The notes below the pieces were generated by a model. It was not told where the DNA came from and made no database searches. It saw only the letters and a program-made list of their open reading frames with translations. DNA of 32,000 nucleotides from an uncultured Alphaproteobacteria bacterium (lineage in GTDB: Bacteria; Pseudomonadota; Alphaproteobacteria; ATCC43930; CGMCC-115725), in NCBI GenBank assembly GCA_963797115.1, contig CAWCOH010000001.1, positions 2,251,426-2,283,425 on the forward strand. Direction: 5' to 3'. Below, piece after piece: positions 1 to 9,701 of this stretch (the first letter of the stretch is position 1; each line of letters starts with the position of its first letter). The translations under genes and the position numbers were made by a program.

Positions 1-291
1 ATTTATCACTTGATATATTCGCCACAATGTGGCATTATCAGCAATATGCCGAATTGGCTTTCATCGATCGTCATCTGCTTGCTCGTCCTCATGCGGGTGC
101 GCCCGGCCTTCGAGCTGTCCTTGTCGGTTCGCGGCGGCAGAGCGGGCCCGGCGCTCGCTGTTATTTTATGTACCAACCGCCAGCGCCCCAGGATGTCTGC
201 GGCTAGGCCAGGCCGCTCGCTGTTGATTGGCTGCAAAGAACAGCGAAAACAGCGAAGCCGCCGTATGGTGCCCCAATTGCGGAGCCGGGGT

Positions 292-1497
292 TTAATCCGG
301 CAACGAGGTGACGGCACCGGGGTCGAACGCGTAGAGCCAGCGCAGGGCGTCGGGCGAGCGGTCGGCGGCCCTGCCCCACTCGGCGTCGCGGGCCTCTTGC
401 GCCGGACCGTCGCGCATATGGAAGCGGGTCTTGTTGGCGCGCGACATGTCCTGCAGGCGGGTGACGCGCGGCAGGCGCAGCCGCTCGTAATGCCGCAGCG
501 CCGCCGCGGGGTCGGCGATCGCGCCGAGGCAGGCGGCGAGGGTGGCGCCGTCCTCGATCGCCTGGGCCGCACCCTGACCCATGAACGGGTACATCGGGTG
601 GCAGGCGTCGCCGAGCAGGGTCGTGCGGCCGACCGACCAGTGCTGCAGCGGGTCGCGATCGAACAATGCCCAGATGAAGCAGGTGTCGGCCGCGCTGATG
701 ATCCGCCGGACCTGAGGATGCCAGCCCTCGAAGGCGGCGAGCGCACGCTCCACTGTGGCCCGGTCGGTCCAGTCCTCGCGGTTCCAGGTATCGTGCTCGG
801 TCCAGCCGACGAAGTTGAGCAGCCGCCCGCGCGATACCGGGTAGTGCACCAGATGCGCGCCGGGACCGACCCAGGACTGATTGCCGGTCTCGAGCGCAAG
901 ATCGGCAATGCGCTCGACCGGGACGAGGCCGCGATAAGCGACGCAGCCGGCAAAGCGCGGCGCCTCCTCGCCGAAAAGGGCGGCGCGCACGGTCGAATTG
1001 ATGCCGTCGGCGCCAACCAGAACATCGGCCGTGATCCGGGCGCCGTTCTCGAACCAGGCCTCGGGGCCGCCGCCCTTGTCCTCGAGGCCGACGAGGCGAT
1101 GGCCGAGATGAACCTGTTCGGCCGGGAAGCCCGAAGCGATAACCGCGAGCAGGTCGGCGCGATGAATGGTGAAGTGCGGCGCGCCGTAAAGCTGCTCGCA
1201 CAGCGGGTTGAGCGGGGCGCGCTGCAGAGTGCGCCCGTCCTGCCAGCGCCGCTGGTGGGTGAAGAGCGGGCGCGCCCCCTCGCGGTCGAGCCCTTCGGCA
1301 AGACCCAACCGGCGCAGGATGCGGGCCGCGTTCGGACCCATGTTGATGCCGCCGCCGATCTGAGTGAGCTCCGGCGCCTGCTCGTAGACGTCGACCTCGA
1401 ACCCGGCCTGACGCAGCGACAGTGCGGCCGTGAGTCCACCGATGCCGCCGCCGATTACCGCGACTCTTAGCGGTGCGCCATCGTTGTCCTTGGCCAT
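292..1497 (-). CDS. FAD-dependent aromatic hydroxylase (group A flavoprotein monooxygenase, salicylate/3-hydroxybenzoate hydroxylase-like)
   Basis: Lies within the 463-aa ORF 292..1683, whose first 62 aa are Arg/Ser-rich and not protein-like. The internal ATG at 1497 (GGAG..GAGG 5-14 nt upstream) gives MAKDNDGAPLRVAVIGGGIGGLTAAL (GxGxxG Rossmann). Later motifs are GADGINSTVR and GDACHPMYPFMGQGAAQAIEDG (FAD-binding GD motif). Confidence 0.85.
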   Translation of the reverse strand: MAKDNDGAPLRVAVIGGGIGGLTAALSLRQAGFEVDVYEQAPELTQIGGGINMGPNAARILRRLGLAEGLDREGARPLFTHQRRWQDGRTLQRAPLNPLCEQLYGAPHFTIHRADLLAVIASGFPAEQVHLGHRLVGLEDKGGGPEAWFENGARITADVLVGADGINSTVRAALFGEEAPRFAGCVAYRGLVPVERIADLALETGNQSWVGPGAHLVHYPVSRGRLLNFVGWTEHDTWNREDWTDRATVERALAAFEGWHPQVRRIISAADTCFIWALFDRDPLQHWSVGRTTLLGDACHPMYPFMGQGAAQAIEDGATLAACLGAIADPAAALRHYERLRLPRVTRLQDMSRANKTRFHMRDGPAQEARDAEWGRAADRSPDALRWLYAFDPGAVTSLPD

Positions 1498-1513
1498 TTC
1501 GACCTCAACTCCA

Positions 1514-2266
1514 TTACGCCGCCGACGCCAGCCGTTGAAGGAGAGCTTGAGCCGCGGCAGGAGCACGGATCTTGGCACCACTAATGAAGTAGACAAAGTA
1601 GTCGCAGCCGCCTTGCGCCGATTGCTCGCCCAGACGCTGCGCCCAGGCGTCGAGGGCATCAGGCGGATAGCCATCGGGCTCATCTTCGGCGCAGCGCCTC
1701 AAATGGGCATAGACGAAATCCGCCGTGATCGCGAAGTCGGGGCGGCTGTCGTCGACGACGAGCGCCACCTTGTGCCTGTGCAGCAGTTCGATGACGGGAG
1801 CGGTCGCGGTACTCGACCGGCGAAACTCGACGGCATACCGCAGCGCGCGGCCGTCGATATGAGGCGGCAACAGTTCGAGGAAAGCTGCGAGCGCACCTTC
1901 GTCAATCGGCATGTTCGGCGGGAATTGCCACAGGATCGGCCCGAGCTTGTCGCGCAACTCGGCAATACCGCTCGCGACAAAGCGCTCGAACACCGGACCT
2001 GCGCCGGCAAGATCGGAGCGATGCGTCGCAACCCGCGGACCCTTGAGCGAGAAGACGAAATCCTCCGGCGTCTCGTCGTGCCAGCGGCGAAAGCTCGCCG
2101 GTTTCTGCTGGCCGTAGAAGGTGCCGTTGATCTCGATCGTGGTGAGCCGGCGGCTGGCATAACCGAGCTCGCGCGCTTGCGCCAGGCCAGGCGGGTAGAA
2201 GACGCCACGCCACGGCGCAAAGACCCAGCCGCCGACGCCGACACGGATCTTCGGGCCGGAGTTCAT
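1514..2266 (-). CDS. DUF72 (YecE-like) family protein
   Basis: 250-aa ORF. IRVGVGGWVFAPWRGVFYP...LTTIEINGTFYG...FSLKGPRVATH matches the DUF72 pattern. Its start overlaps the upstream gene's stop (ATGA at 2263-2266), and it ends 16 nt before the monooxygenase start. Confidence 0.8.
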   Translation of the reverse strand: MNSGPKIRVGVGGWVFAPWRGVFYPPGLAQARELGYASRRLTTIEINGTFYGQQKPASFRRWHDETPEDFVFSLKGPRVATHRSDLAGAGPVFERFVASGIAELRDKLGPILWQFPPNMPIDEGALAAFLELLPPHIDGRALRYAVEFRRSSTATAPVIELLHRHKVALVVDDSRPDFAITADFVYAHLRRCAEDEPDGYPPDALDAWAQRLGEQSAQGGCDYFVYFISGAKIRAPAAAQALLQRLASAA

Positions 2267-4061
2267 CCCCGCCCAAACACCGGAAGCTCGAGAAAGGACG
2301 GGGTCCCCTCGGCGTGATGGACGGTGTTGGTGGCGACCCGGATGTCGTTCTCGCCGTCATCGGCCAGCACCGGATGGCCGCTGTTGGTGTTGCGGGCGCG
2401 GCGCGGGAAGTTGCTGCTGGTCACATCGACCTCGATGCGATGGCCGGCGCTGAAGGTGTGATGGATATGGCCGAGGTCGATGCTCAGCTGCTCGACCCGA
2501 TCCGGTACCAGGTGCCGCGGCTCGGTTAACCCGTCGCGGTACATGGCGCGCGCGACGCCGTCCATCAGCAGCATGGCGCGGCCGTCGGGCATCACCTCGA
2601 TCAGCTTGGCGACGAAATCGGTGTCGGGGCAGTTTGATTGGATGTGCAAGGTCACCCGAATATTGCCGGCGATCGTCAGCTCGCCGGGCAAATCTTCGCT
2701 GCGGTAGATCAAACCGTAGCCGGGCGATGACTGAGCCGGCCGCTGGTCGCACGGGCCGGCATCGATCAGCATGTTGCGGCCGCCGAGGGTCGGGATCGGC
2801 CGGCGCGGGTCGTAATCGTAGTTGCGCGCCATGCCGCCCGGCCCGGCGGCGGAGAGGCTGCCGTCACCGCGCAAATAGAACCGCTGAGGCCGGGCTCCGG
2901 GCGGCGGCCAGCGCTCCGTGCTGGCCAATCGTCGGGGGCGTAGCTCGCACGGTCCTCGACCCAGGCGCGCGGCGAATAGAGCACCGGCGGCTCGTCCATG
3001 ATGCCGGTTTGCTTGCCCTTCAGCCAATGGTCGAACCACGCGAAATACGGGTCGCGCGGCCAGAAATTTGCGGCATAGACAAAGTGGTGCTCGTTCGGAC
3101 CGATCCACAGCTTCTGGGTACCGGTGCGGGCTTGGATGTCGTTGAACGCCGCCAGCACGCTCGTCTGAAAGATGTCGAACCAAGTGGTGACATGAAATCC
3201 CGGGATGTCGATCGTATGGCGGAAGTTATGCCGGGTGCGAAAGGCATCGGGTGCCGGATGGCTGATGATCTCGTCGAGAAAGGGCTGCCAAGCGGCGAAA
3301 TCAGGATAGCGGGTCAGCGGCAGGTGGAGCCAATCCGCCGACCCGACGAATGGCAGCTCGGCGTGGCGCGCGGCCTCGAGGCGCGCATAGCGCGCCGACG
3401 CCGAGGCGGCGGCCGCGTCGAGCGCCGCAGCACCGATGCCGGAGCGCCGCACAACCGCCTCGCGATGCGAGCGTGAAAGCCCGGGGATATTGCGCGCCAC
3501 CCAGAGCCAAAGCCGCTCCATCTCGATCGACTGGCCCTCATAGACCACGCCGTCATAAATGCTCGAGCCTCCGGCTTGGGCGAAAATGGCGCGCAGGCTC
3601 GGATGCCGCGTCGATGCGGCAGCGAAGGTGGTGGTGGCACCCGCAGACGAGCCCGACATGCCCACCATCTGATTGGTCCACGGCTGAGCGGCGATCCATT
3701 CGAGCGTATCGTATCCGTCGGCGGCATCATCGGCGTAGACGCGATCCTCGCCTTCCGACCCGTGCCGCCCGCGGGTGTCCTGGTAAACCGCGACATAGCC
3801 ATGAGTGGTGATGTTGCGCCAGCCGCGTAGGATCGAACCGCGGAACGGTTCTTCGGCGCTCGGCAGCCAGGCTCGGGTGAAATCTGTCTTCTCAACCGCA
3901 TCGGACGCTGTGATGCCGTAAGGAGTTCGGTGCAGGATGACGGGCCAGCGAGGCACGCCGCTCGCCGGCAGAAACACGAAGGTGTTGAGCCTGGTGCCGT
4001 CGCGCATCGTTACAAAAGTCTGACAGGCGCGAGCGCCGCCGGATCGATCGGCGAGCTCCAT
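2263..4061 (-). pseudogene. CocE/NonD-family alpha/beta hydrolase (X-Pro dipeptidyl-peptidase S15-like), split by a 1-nt frameshift
   Basis: Two overlapping minus-strand ORFs (2766..4061 and 2263..3183) read as one protein. The N-part has VILHRTPYG, YQDTRGRHGSEG and a GMSGSSAG nucleophile-elbow-like segment. The C-part (RFYLRGDGSLS...YDYDPRRPIPTLGG...TLHIQSNCPDTDFVAKLIEVMPDGRAMLL...VTSSNFPRRARNTNSG) is the typical C-terminal beta-sandwich domain. The frames differ by one missing nucleotide, and the switch lies about 2905-2930 (between DDW and ERWPPP). Confidence 0.75.
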
Positions 4062-4075
4062 GGCGGTACTCCCGT

Positions 4076-4107
4076 AACAAAAGAGCCGGTGCTAGCACCG
4101 GCTCTTT
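4076..4107 (-). terminator. Rho-independent terminator (12-bp GC-rich stem, CTAG loop, T-run on minus strand)
   Basis: AAAGAGCCGGTG-CTAG-CACCGGCTCTTT at 4080-4107. On the minus strand the hairpin is followed by TTTTGTTA. It sits 41 nt downstream of the stop of the small ORF 4148..4348. Confidence 0.8.
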
Positions 4108-4147
4108 GACTGTAGCAGCTTAGGTGTTTGCCTAGCGCGGCGGCATC

Positions 4148-4348
4148 CTAAAAAAGTGCGAGGCCTCCCATGCTCGGATGCCATTCCTTGCGAACTTGCT
4201 CCTCTACCGACAGACCGGACAGCGTGAACGGGGCGTGGACGGTGCCCTTTGTCCTCTCGAACAGGACACGGGCCATATGCTCTATGGTCGCCTCTTCTCG
4301 AACGTGCCGTCGCTTCGTGCGGCGCCGAGACAAGGTTACCTTGGCCAT
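4148..4348 (-). CDS. small hypothetical protein (66 aa, basic N-terminus)
   Basis: The ATG at 4348 is preceded by GGAGG with a 6-nt spacer. Product: MAKVTLSRRRTKRRHVREEATIEHMARVLFERTKGTVHAPFTLSGLSVEEQVRKEWHPSMGGLALF. It is followed by a canonical terminator. I recognise no family. Confidence 0.5.
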   Translation of the reverse strand: MAKVTLSRRRTKRRHVREEATIEHMARVLFERTKGTVHAPFTLSGLSVEEQVRKEWHPSMGGLALF

Positions 4349-4588
4349 GCAAGACCTCCGATCTCTAGCGGATTTGGGTATGACGCTTGCCGCGGGGGGC
4401 GGTGGCTGCGTCAAACTGGCGCAGAGAGAAACGCCCCGTTATGGCAAAAAAAAGGCGGTTAACGACAAAAGCTGTTTACAAACTGATACATTTGGACCCA
4501 CCTAGCCGGCCCAACAGCCAATAGGTGCGAAGCTGCCGTCCGTCGCTTAAGATGGCCCGGCCACCAGCCGTCAGTCGGGAGAGTGACG

Positions 4589-5677
4589 ATGCAGTACGGC
4601 CTCTTTACGATGCCCTCGCACCCGCCGGAGCGCGGCCTCTTCGACGGCCACCGCTGGGATTTGCAAACCTTGCGCTGGGCCGACGAGCTCGGCTTTACGG
4701 AAGCCTGGATCGGCGAACACCACACCGCACCTTGGGAGCCGCATCCCTCGCCTGACCTCTTGATCGCACAAGCACTGATGGAGACGCGCCAAATCCAACT
4801 CGCCCCCGGCGGTTTTTTGCTGCCGTACCACCACCCAGCCGAGCTTGCCAACCGCGTCGCGATGCTCGATCACATGGCCCAAGGGCGGCTCAATTTTGGC
4901 GTGGCGGCGAGCGGGCTGCCGAGCGATTGGGCGATGTTCAACGTCGACGGCAACTCCGGGCAACATCGGGAGATGACGCGCGAAGCGCTCGACATCATCC
5001 TCAAGCTGTGGACCACAGAGGAACCGTTCGATTATCCCGGCAAATATTGGAAAGTGAGCAAGACCGACCTGATGCTGCGCACCCTGCGGCCGCATATCCG
5101 GCCGTTGCAGAGACCTTATCCGCCGATCGGGGTCGCCGGCGTGAGCAAGGGCTCGGAGACCTTGAAGCTCGCCGGCGAGCACGGGTTCTTGCCGATGAGC
5201 CTCAACCTGAACCCAAGTTATGTCGCGAGCCATTGGGAGTCGGTCGAAGAAGGAGCGCGGCGCACCGGGCGCACGCCGCGGCGGGCCGACTGGCGCCTCG
5301 TACGGGAGATCTTTGTCGCCGAAAGTGACGCCGCGGCATGGCGCTTATCCGTCGAGAGCATGATGGGGCGGATGATGCGCGAATACTTCCTGCCGCTGTT
5401 GACCGATGTCGGGGTTATCCAATTCCTAAAGCACGATCCCGACGTCGCCGACAGCGATGTCACTCCTGAATACTGCGCCCGGCACAACTGGCTGATCGGC
5501 TCGCCGGCGACCGTCGTCGAGAAGATCGAACGGATGTATGACGAGGTCGGCGGGTTCGGCGCGATTCTCCTATTCTGCTTCGACTACAGCGAAGACCCCG
5601 GTCCCTGGCACCAATCGATGCGGCTCCTAGCCGAGGAAGTGATGCCCAAAGTGGCCCATCTTACCCCGAAAAATTAA
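4589..5677 (+). CDS. LLM-class (luciferase-like) flavin-dependent oxidoreductase
   Basis: MQYGLFTMPSHPP...LGFTEAWIGEHH...LNFGVAASG...GFLPMSLN...GSPATVVEKIERMYDEVGGFGAILL is the typical luciferase-like monooxygenase layout. GGGAGAG lies 5 nt upstream of the ATG at 4589 (the track's GTG at 4583 is two codons upstream). Confidence 0.85.
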   Translation: MQYGLFTMPSHPPERGLFDGHRWDLQTLRWADELGFTEAWIGEHHTAPWEPHPSPDLLIAQALMETRQIQLAPGGFLLPYHHPAELANRVAMLDHMAQGRLNFGVAASGLPSDWAMFNVDGNSGQHREMTREALDIILKLWTTEEPFDYPGKYWKVSKTDLMLRTLRPHIRPLQRPYPPIGVAGVSKGSETLKLAGEHGFLPMSLNLNPSYVASHWESVEEGARRTGRTPRRADWRLVREIFVAESDAAAWRLSVESMMGRMMREYFLPLLTDVGVIQFLKHDPDVADSDVTPEYCARHNWLIGSPATVVEKIERMYDEVGGFGAILLFCFDYSEDPGPWHQSMRLLAEEVMPKVAHLTPKN

Positions 5678-6011
5678 TGCTCTAGCGCGTACCCTCGGCA
5701 CCATCTGCGCTAAAGCGTTGTCGGGTGAAGAGCATCGGGCTAGGAAGGAACATCCGCCGATCCCATATCGAGGCCCGGATTGAGCTATAGCTCGGCACGA
5801 TTGCGCGCCCGGCGGGGATGAGGCAAGCTGTCGCAGGTCGAGGCGGTTATGCAGGGAGCATATGGCGGATCGGGCGAAAACGAGGGTGATGGGCAGACCC
5901 AGAGGCACATATAAGGCGGTGTTGATGACCCGGCGAGCCCGCGCAGGGAAGCATACGCGACGGTAAGATAAGAACCGATCGGGTGCCGCCCCGCTCGCCA
6001 GGAGGAGCCTA

Positions 6012-7799
6012 GTGCAGCCTACGGACATCAGTAATCCCGACTATTTTCACAAGGTCGTCGACTGCCAATGGGCATGCCCGGCGCATACTCCGGTGCCGGA
6101 ATATATCCGGTTGATCGCCGACCGGCGCTACACCGATGCCTATATGGTCAACTGGTACTCGAACATCTTCCCGGGCATCCTCGGGCGCACCTGCGACCGC
6201 CCGTGCGAGCCGGCCTGTCGACGCGGCCGGGTCGAGAACGAGCCGGTGGCGATCTGCCGGCTCAAGCGCGTCGCCGCCGACAACAAGGGTGACATCCGCC
6301 CCTATCTGCCCGCCATCCCGAGCGAGAAGAACGGCAAGCGCATCGCCCTCGTCGGCGCCGGACCCGCCTCTCTGACTGTCGCCCGCGATCTGCTGCCGCT
6401 CGGCTATCACTGTGTCTTGTTCGACGGTGACGCCAAGGGCGGCGGGATGATGCGCACGCAGATCCCGCGCTTTCGTCTGCCCGAAAAGGTCACCGACGAG
6501 GAGGTCGACCTGATCCTCGAGATGGGGGTCGAGGCCCGCTTCGGCGAGCATGTCGGCAGCCTCAAATCGCTGTTGACGCACGATTGGAGTGCGGTTTTCG
6601 TCGGCTGCGGCGCGCCGCGCGGACGCGATCTCGACATTCCGGGCCGAGAGGTAGCAGCCGACCACATCCATATCGGGATCGACTGGCTGTCGAGCGTCTC
6701 GTTCGGCCATATCGACAAGATCGGCCGCCGCGTCGTCGTGCTCGGCGGCGGTAACACGGCGATGGATTGCTGCCGCTCCTCGCGCCGCCTCGGCGGCGAG
6801 GAAGTTACCGTCGTCGTGCGCAGCGGCTTCGAGGAGATGAAGGCCTCGGCGTGGGAGAAAGAGGACGCGATGCACGAAGGCATCCCGATCCTCAACTGGC
6901 TGGTACCGAAGAAATTTACGCACGAGTGGGGCCAGCTGACCGGGGTGCTGTTCGAAAAGGTCGAGGCCGAATACGACGCGCGCGGGCGCCGCAACCTCGT
7001 CCGCACCGGTGAGCCCGACGTTCACATCCCGTGCGATGATGTTTTGATCGCAGTCGGCCAGGAGAACGCTTTCCCGTGGATCGAGCGCGACATCGGCATC
7101 GAGTTCGATCGCTGGGACATGCCCAAGGTCGATCCGAAGACGATGCAATCGACCTTGCCGAATGTTTTCTTCGGCGGCGATGCCGCATTCGGGCCGAAAA
7201 ACATCATCTGGGCCGTCGCCCACGGCCACGACGCGGCGATCTCTATCGACAAATTCTGCCACGGCGAGGATGTCAACGAGCGGCCGCCGCCCGGGGTCAC
7301 CCTTGTCAGCCAGAAGATGGGCATCCACGAGTGGAGCTATGATAACGACATTTCAAACGACCTGCGTTATCGGGTACCGCTCCGCGATACCGCCGTCGCG
7401 CTGAACAACATCAAGGTCGAGGTTGAGCTCGGCTTTGACGAGAAGCTCGGCTATCTCGAGGCGCAGCGCTGCCTCAATTGCGACGTGCAGACCGTCTTTA
7501 CCGGCTCGTTGTGCATCGAATGCGATGCCTGCGTCGACATCTGTCCGATGGACTGCATCACCTTCACCGAAAACGGCAGCGAAGACGACTTGCGCGGACG
7601 GCTGATGGCGCCTGCCCTCAACCTCGAGCAGGACCTCTACATCGGAGATTCGCTGAAGACTGGCCGTATCATGGCCAAGGACGAGGACGTCTGCCTACAT
7701 TGCGGCTTGTGCGCCGAGCGCTGTCCGACAGGAGCATGGGACATGCGCAAATTTCTCTTCGATTTGACGATGGCCGGATCCGCATGCCGCAGCCGATGA
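6012..7799 (+). CDS. GltD/NfnB-like FAD/NAD(P)H oxidoreductase fused to a C-terminal 2x[4Fe-4S] ferredoxin domain (KorC-like third subunit)
   Basis: GTG start with AGGAGGA 5 nt upstream. N-terminal Cys clusters CQWACPAHTPVPEY and CDRPCEPAC. Two dinucleotide folds, IALVGAGPASLTVARDL and VVVLGGGNTAMDC. C-terminal CIECDACVDICP and CLHCGLCAERCP. It ends 24 nt before korA. Confidence 0.85.
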   Translation: MQPTDISNPDYFHKVVDCQWACPAHTPVPEYIRLIADRRYTDAYMVNWYSNIFPGILGRTCDRPCEPACRRGRVENEPVAICRLKRVAADNKGDIRPYLPAIPSEKNGKRIALVGAGPASLTVARDLLPLGYHCVLFDGDAKGGGMMRTQIPRFRLPEKVTDEEVDLILEMGVEARFGEHVGSLKSLLTHDWSAVFVGCGAPRGRDLDIPGREVAADHIHIGIDWLSSVSFGHIDKIGRRVVVLGGGNTAMDCCRSSRRLGGEEVTVVVRSGFEEMKASAWEKEDAMHEGIPILNWLVPKKFTHEWGQLTGVLFEKVEAEYDARGRRNLVRTGEPDVHIPCDDVLIAVGQENAFPWIERDIGIEFDRWDMPKVDPKTMQSTLPNVFFGGDAAFGPKNIIWAVAHGHDAAISIDKFCHGEDVNERPPPGVTLVSQKMGIHEWSYDNDISNDLRYRVPLRDTAVALNNIKVEVELGFDEKLGYLEAQRCLNCDVQTVFTGSLCIECDACVDICPMDCITFTENGSEDDLRGRLMAPALNLEQDLYIGDSLKTGRIMAKDEDVCLHCGLCAERCPTGAWDMRKFLFDLTMAGSACRSR

Positions 7800-7823
7800 C
7801 CGTCTTTCACGAGCCCTGAGCCG

Positions 7824-9686
7824 ATGGCATCACAATCGAATCTCGAAACCGCCGCGATCCAAAGCGTCAACGACTTCGTCGTCAAATTCGCCAACGTCAA
7901 CGGATCGGGCTCGGCGAGCGCTAATTCGCTGTTCGCCAAGTCGATCCTCCGGATGGGAATTCCAGCGAGCTCGCGCAACATCTTCCCTTCGAACATCCAG
8001 GGCTTGCCGACCTGGTACGAGGTTCGAATAAGCGAGAGCGGTCATCTCGGGCGTCGCGGCGGCGTCGACATGATGGTCGCGATGAACCCCGAGACGTGGG
8101 ACGAGGACCTCGCCGAGATCGAACCCGGCGGCTACCTTTTCTATGATTCGACAAAGCCGCTGCCGCCATCCAAGTTCCGCGACGACATCAACGTCATCGG
8201 CGCGCCGCTGACGGCGATTTGCAATCGCGAATACACCGATGCCCGGCAGCGCCAGCTGTTCAAGAACATCATCTATTTGGGCGCGCTGTCGGCGTTGCTG
8301 AACATCGACGTGGCGGCGATCGAAAAGCTGATCGGCGAGCAGTTTCGCGGCCGGGATACGCTGATCAGGCCCAATCTCCACGCTCTCGACTTGGGCCGGC
8401 AGTGGGCGATCGAGGAGCTCGACTGCCCTATCGGGCTGCGCCTGGCACGCTCCGACAAGGTCGGCGAGCGGATCTTCATCAACGGCAACGATGCCGCGGC
8501 ACTGGGCTGCGTCTATGGCGGAGCGACCGTCGCCGCCTGGTATCCGATCACTCCGTCCTCCTCGCTCGCCGAGGCATTTTCGGCCCATTGCAACCGCAAT
8601 CGCCGCGACCCCGAGACCAAGAAGAAGCGCTTTGCCATCATCCAGGCCGAGGATGAGCTTGCCGCGATTGGCACCGTCATCGGCGCCGCCTGGAACGGCG
8701 CACGAGCTTTCACCGCAACCTCCGGCCCGGGCATCTCGCTGATGCAGGAGTTCATCGGGCTCGCCTACTTCGCCGAAATCCCGGCGGTCATTTTCGACAT
8801 TCAGCGCGGCAGCCCTTCGACCGGCATGCCGACGCGCACCCAGCAGGCCGACATCCTGTCCTGCGCCGTTGCCTCGCACGGCGACACCAAGCACGTACTG
8901 CTGTTCCCCGAGGATCCGCGGGAGAGTTTCGCCTTTGCTGCCGAGGCGCTCGACCTCGCCGACCGACTGCAGACGCCGATCTTTGTCATGATGGATCTCG
9001 ACATCGGCATGAACAACTGGCTGGTCGAGCCGCTCCAGTGGAACGAGAGCCGGCGTTACGACCGCGGCAAGGTGATGACCGCCGAGATGCTCGAGGCGGG
9101 TGTCGAGTTCGGCCGCTATCTCGACGTTGACGGAGACGGCATCCCATTTCGCACCCTTCCAGGGACCCACCCCACGCGCGGCGCCTTCTTTACTCGAGGC
9201 ACCAGCAAGGACCGCTACGCGCGCTATTCAGAGGAAGGCCCTGATTACGTCGAGAACATGCAGCGCCTCCTCCACAAATTCGAGACCGCCAAACGGCTGG
9301 TGCCCCGGCCTGTTAAACGAAACGCCAGCGGGCCGACGCGTTTTGGCGTGATCTATTTCGGCTCGACCGCGCCAGCGATGACCGAAGCTCTCGAAGCGCT
9401 CGAGGAGCGCGGCATCCATCTCGATACGATGCGCATCCGCGCCTTCCCGTTCCATGACGACGTGCTCGATTTCGTCGTCGGCCACGAGAAGATTTTCATC
9501 GTGGAGCAGAACCGCGACGCGCAACTCCGCACCTTGATGATCAGCGAAGGCGATCTCGATCCGGCGCGGCTCGTCCCGATCCTCCATTACGACGGCACGC
9601 CGATCACCGCGCGCTTCATCGTCAAGGCGATCGCCGACATGCTCGCCATCGTCACCCTCGCCCCGCTGAAAAAAGCGCTGCCGTGA
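7824..9686 (+). CDS. korA: 2-oxoacid (2-oxoglutarate):acceptor oxidoreductase subunit alpha
   Basis: 620 aa. N-terminal gamma-like domain VNDFVVKFANVNGSGSASANSLFAK, followed by the alpha domain AALGCVYGGATVAAWYPITPSSSL, TSGPGISLMQE and VIFDIQRGSPSTGMPT. Confidence 0.9.
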   Translation: MASQSNLETAAIQSVNDFVVKFANVNGSGSASANSLFAKSILRMGIPASSRNIFPSNIQGLPTWYEVRISESGHLGRRGGVDMMVAMNPETWDEDLAEIEPGGYLFYDSTKPLPPSKFRDDINVIGAPLTAICNREYTDARQRQLFKNIIYLGALSALLNIDVAAIEKLIGEQFRGRDTLIRPNLHALDLGRQWAIEELDCPIGLRLARSDKVGERIFINGNDAAALGCVYGGATVAAWYPITPSSSLAEAFSAHCNRNRRDPETKKKRFAIIQAEDELAAIGTVIGAAWNGARAFTATSGPGISLMQEFIGLAYFAEIPAVIFDIQRGSPSTGMPTRTQQADILSCAVASHGDTKHVLLFPEDPRESFAFAAEALDLADRLQTPIFVMMDLDIGMNNWLVEPLQWNESRRYDRGKVMTAEMLEAGVEFGRYLDVDGDGIPFRTLPGTHPTRGAFFTRGTSKDRYARYSEEGPDYVENMQRLLHKFETAKRLVPRPVKRNASGPTRFGVIYFGSTAPAMTEALEALEERGIHLDTMRIRAFPFHDDVLDFVVGHEKIFIVEQNRDAQLRTLMISEGDLDPARLVPILHYDGTPITARFIVKAIADMLAIVTLAPLKKALP

Positions 9687-9701
9687 GCGCATGAGGACCG
9701 T

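Noticed and set aside
6-1470. Very long ORFs on both strands overlapping real genes (for example 6..1439(-), 10..1470(+), 4571..5233(-), 6009..7328(-), 7830..9170(-), 9228..10148(-), 13598..15349(+), 20567..21436(+), 30728..31636(-)).
   Set aside because: Their translations are Arg/Ala/Pro/Gly-rich with no motifs. They lie antisense to or out of frame with ORFs that have clear family signatures. These are typical shadow ORFs of high-G+C DNA.
5862-5966. A 34-codon Arg/Lys-rich upstream ORF (MADRAKTRVMGRPRGTYKAVLMTRRARAGKHTRR) in the 334-bp leader before the kor operon, with AGGGAG 3 nt upstream. Possible leader peptide or riboswitch region.
   Set aside because: The SD spacing is too short and the composition is what a random frame in G+C-rich DNA gives. 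I could see no terminator/antiterminator alternative or known riboswitch core. This cannot be supported without conservation data.
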